In this document: in pieces, positions 9,429 to 10,926 of the stretch | How positions within the stretch are numbered: the stretch's first letter is position 1 | How the letters are laid out: every line of letters starts with the position of its first letter | DNA from: Zygnema circumcarinatum SAG 698-1b | Taxonomy: Eukaryota; Plantae; Zygnematophyceae | Length of the DNA stretch: 10,926 nt | Direction of reading: 5' to 3' | NCBI GenBank assembly: GCA_037447605.1 | Contig: JBBHKD010000053.1 | Coordinates: 1 to 10,926, forward strand | Notes under the pieces: generated by a model | The model's database searches: none | Seen by the model: only the letters and a program-made list of their open reading frames with translations | What the model was told of the DNA's origin: nothing | Translations under genes and position numbers: made by a program

Positions 9429-10926
9429 GTGACGGTGAGAAATTTCGGTGCAAAAAAGTAAAAGACAAAAAAGTTATATATAACGGAGTGGACGTGTATA
9501 GGAACGCAACCTATTGCACGTGTCACAAAAACGTCCATATCTGAATAAGGAGAACGCCAAATTGACTCAAACTTTTTGTGCATACGGCGGATTCACTATA
9601 GGGTGACGGTGAGAAATTTCGGTGCAAAAAAGTAAAAGACAAAAAAGTTATATATAACGGAGTGGACGTGTATAGGAACGCAACCTATTGCACGTGTCAC
9701 AAAAACGTCCATATCTGAATAGGGAGAACGCTTAATTGACTCAAACTTTTTGTGCATACGGCGGACTCACTGTAGAGTGACGCTGAGAAATTTCGGTGCA
9801 AAAGAGTAAAAGACAAAAAAGTTATGTATAACGGAGTGGACATGTATAGGAACGCCACTTATTGCACGTGTCACAAAAGCGTCCATATCTGAATGCGGAG
9901 AGCGGCTTAATTGACTCAAACTTTTTTGTGCATACGGCGGACTCGCACTGTAGAGTGACGCTTGAGAAATTTCGGTGCAAAAAGTAAAAGACAAAAAAGT
10001 TATATATATAACAGGTGGACGTGTATAGGAGCGCCAACCTATTGCACGTGTCACAAAAGCGATCCCATATCTGAATAGGAGAACGCTTAATTGACTCAAA
10101 CTTTTTGTGCATACAGCGGACTCAACGTAGAGTGACGCTGAAATTTCGGTGCAAAAAATTAAAAGACAAAAAAGTTATATATAACGGAGTGGACGTGTAT
10201 AGGAACGCAACCTATTGCACGTGTCACAAAAACATCCATATCTGAATAGGAGAGCAGCTTAATTGAGCTCAAACTTTTGTGTGCATACAGCGGACATTTC
10301 CTTTGTGAAGTGACGAGAAATTTCCGATTTTAAAAGTAAAAGACAAAAAAGTTATATATATAGCGAATTGGACGCGGTGTATAGGGCATAACCTATTACA
10401 CATTTGATGTCCCACCAAGCGCCCATATCTGAATAGGGAGAACGCTTAATTGAATCAAACTTTGTGTGCATACGGCGGACACACTGTAGAGTGACGCTGA
10501 GAAATTTCGGTGCAAAAAAGTAAAAGACAAAAAAGTTATATATAACGGAGTGGACGTGTATAGGAACGCAACCTATTGCACGTGTCACAAAAACGTCCAT
10601 ATCTGAATAAGGAGAACGCCAAAATTGACTCAAACTTTTTGTGCATACGGCGGATTCACTATAGGGTGACGGTGAGAAATTTCGGTGCAAAAAAGTAAAA
10701 GACAAAAAAGTTATATATAACGGAGTGGACGTGTATAGGAACGCAACCTATTGCACGTGTCACAAAAACGCCCATATCTGAATAGGGAGAACGCTTAATT
10801 GAATCAAACTTTGTGTGCATACGGCGGACACACTGTAAGTGACGCTGAAATTTCGGTCGCAAAAAGTAAAGACAAAAAGTTATATATATAACGGGTGGAC
10901 GTGTATAGGAGCATAACCTATTGCAC

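Larger units (their letters stand above)
1417..10926. repeat. 174-bp tandem satellite DNA array, about 54.5 head-to-tail monomers, truncated by the window end
   Basis: Monomer starts (gtgacgctgagaaatttc) at 1659, 1833, 2007, 2181, 2355 and 2529 give an exact 174-bp period. Consensus: gtgacgctgagaaatttcggtgcaaaaaagtaaaagacaaaaaagttatatataacggagtggacgtgtataggaacgcaacctattgcacgtgtcacaaaaacgtccatatctgaatagggagaacgcttaattgactcaaactttttgtgcatacggcggactcactgtaga (70/174 G+C). All copies share one orientation and there are no unique insertions. Confidence 0.99.

Noticed and set aside
1475-10862. Many minus-strand ORFs repeating MHKKFESIKRSPYSDMDVFVTRAIG... as genes
   Set aside because: They are translations of the satellite monomer. 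Their ends are set by a single stop/sense variant and by indels in noisy patches, and they resemble no protein family I recognise.
1417-10926. CRISPR array
   Set aside because: The whole 174-bp unit repeats. There are no unique spacers and no cas genes.
1417-10926. Tandem 5S rRNA, tRNA, snRNA or spliced-leader gene array
   Set aside because: The monomer shows no recognisable 5S, tRNA cloverleaf, Pol III B-box (GTTCGANNC) or known spliced-leader sequence on either strand.
1417-10926. Assignment to a known satellite of similar length (alpha satellite, CEN178, trypanosome 177-bp repeat)
   Set aside because: Only the length is similar. I see no sequence match and cannot run a database search.

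Overview
This window has no supported protein-coding or RNA gene. It looks like the end of a eukaryotic sequence or chromosome, in three parts. (i) Bases 1-17 resemble the 3' end of the Oxford Nanopore ligation adapter. (ii) About 1.4 kb (18-1420) is a strand-biased, low-complexity tract of 7-11 nt units built on a GGCC/GCCC core (ggccacaa, ggcctga, ggccgcaa, ggcctaa, gccctga). It may be an unusual or mis-basecalled telomere, or a basecalling artefact. (iii) About 9.5 kb (1417-10926) is a head-to-tail array of roughly 54.5 copies of a 174-bp satellite monomer (about 40% GC) that runs off the right edge. The satellite contains distinct monomer haplotypes, reciprocal recombinant monomers, multi-monomer block duplications and several dyad symmetries. 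Near-perfect blocks alternate with indel-rich blocks, and the deviations in the latter recur at CpG sites. All ORFs in the supplied track are explained by the repeats. I cannot identify the organism or a named satellite family from the sequence alone, and several features may be long-read artefacts.
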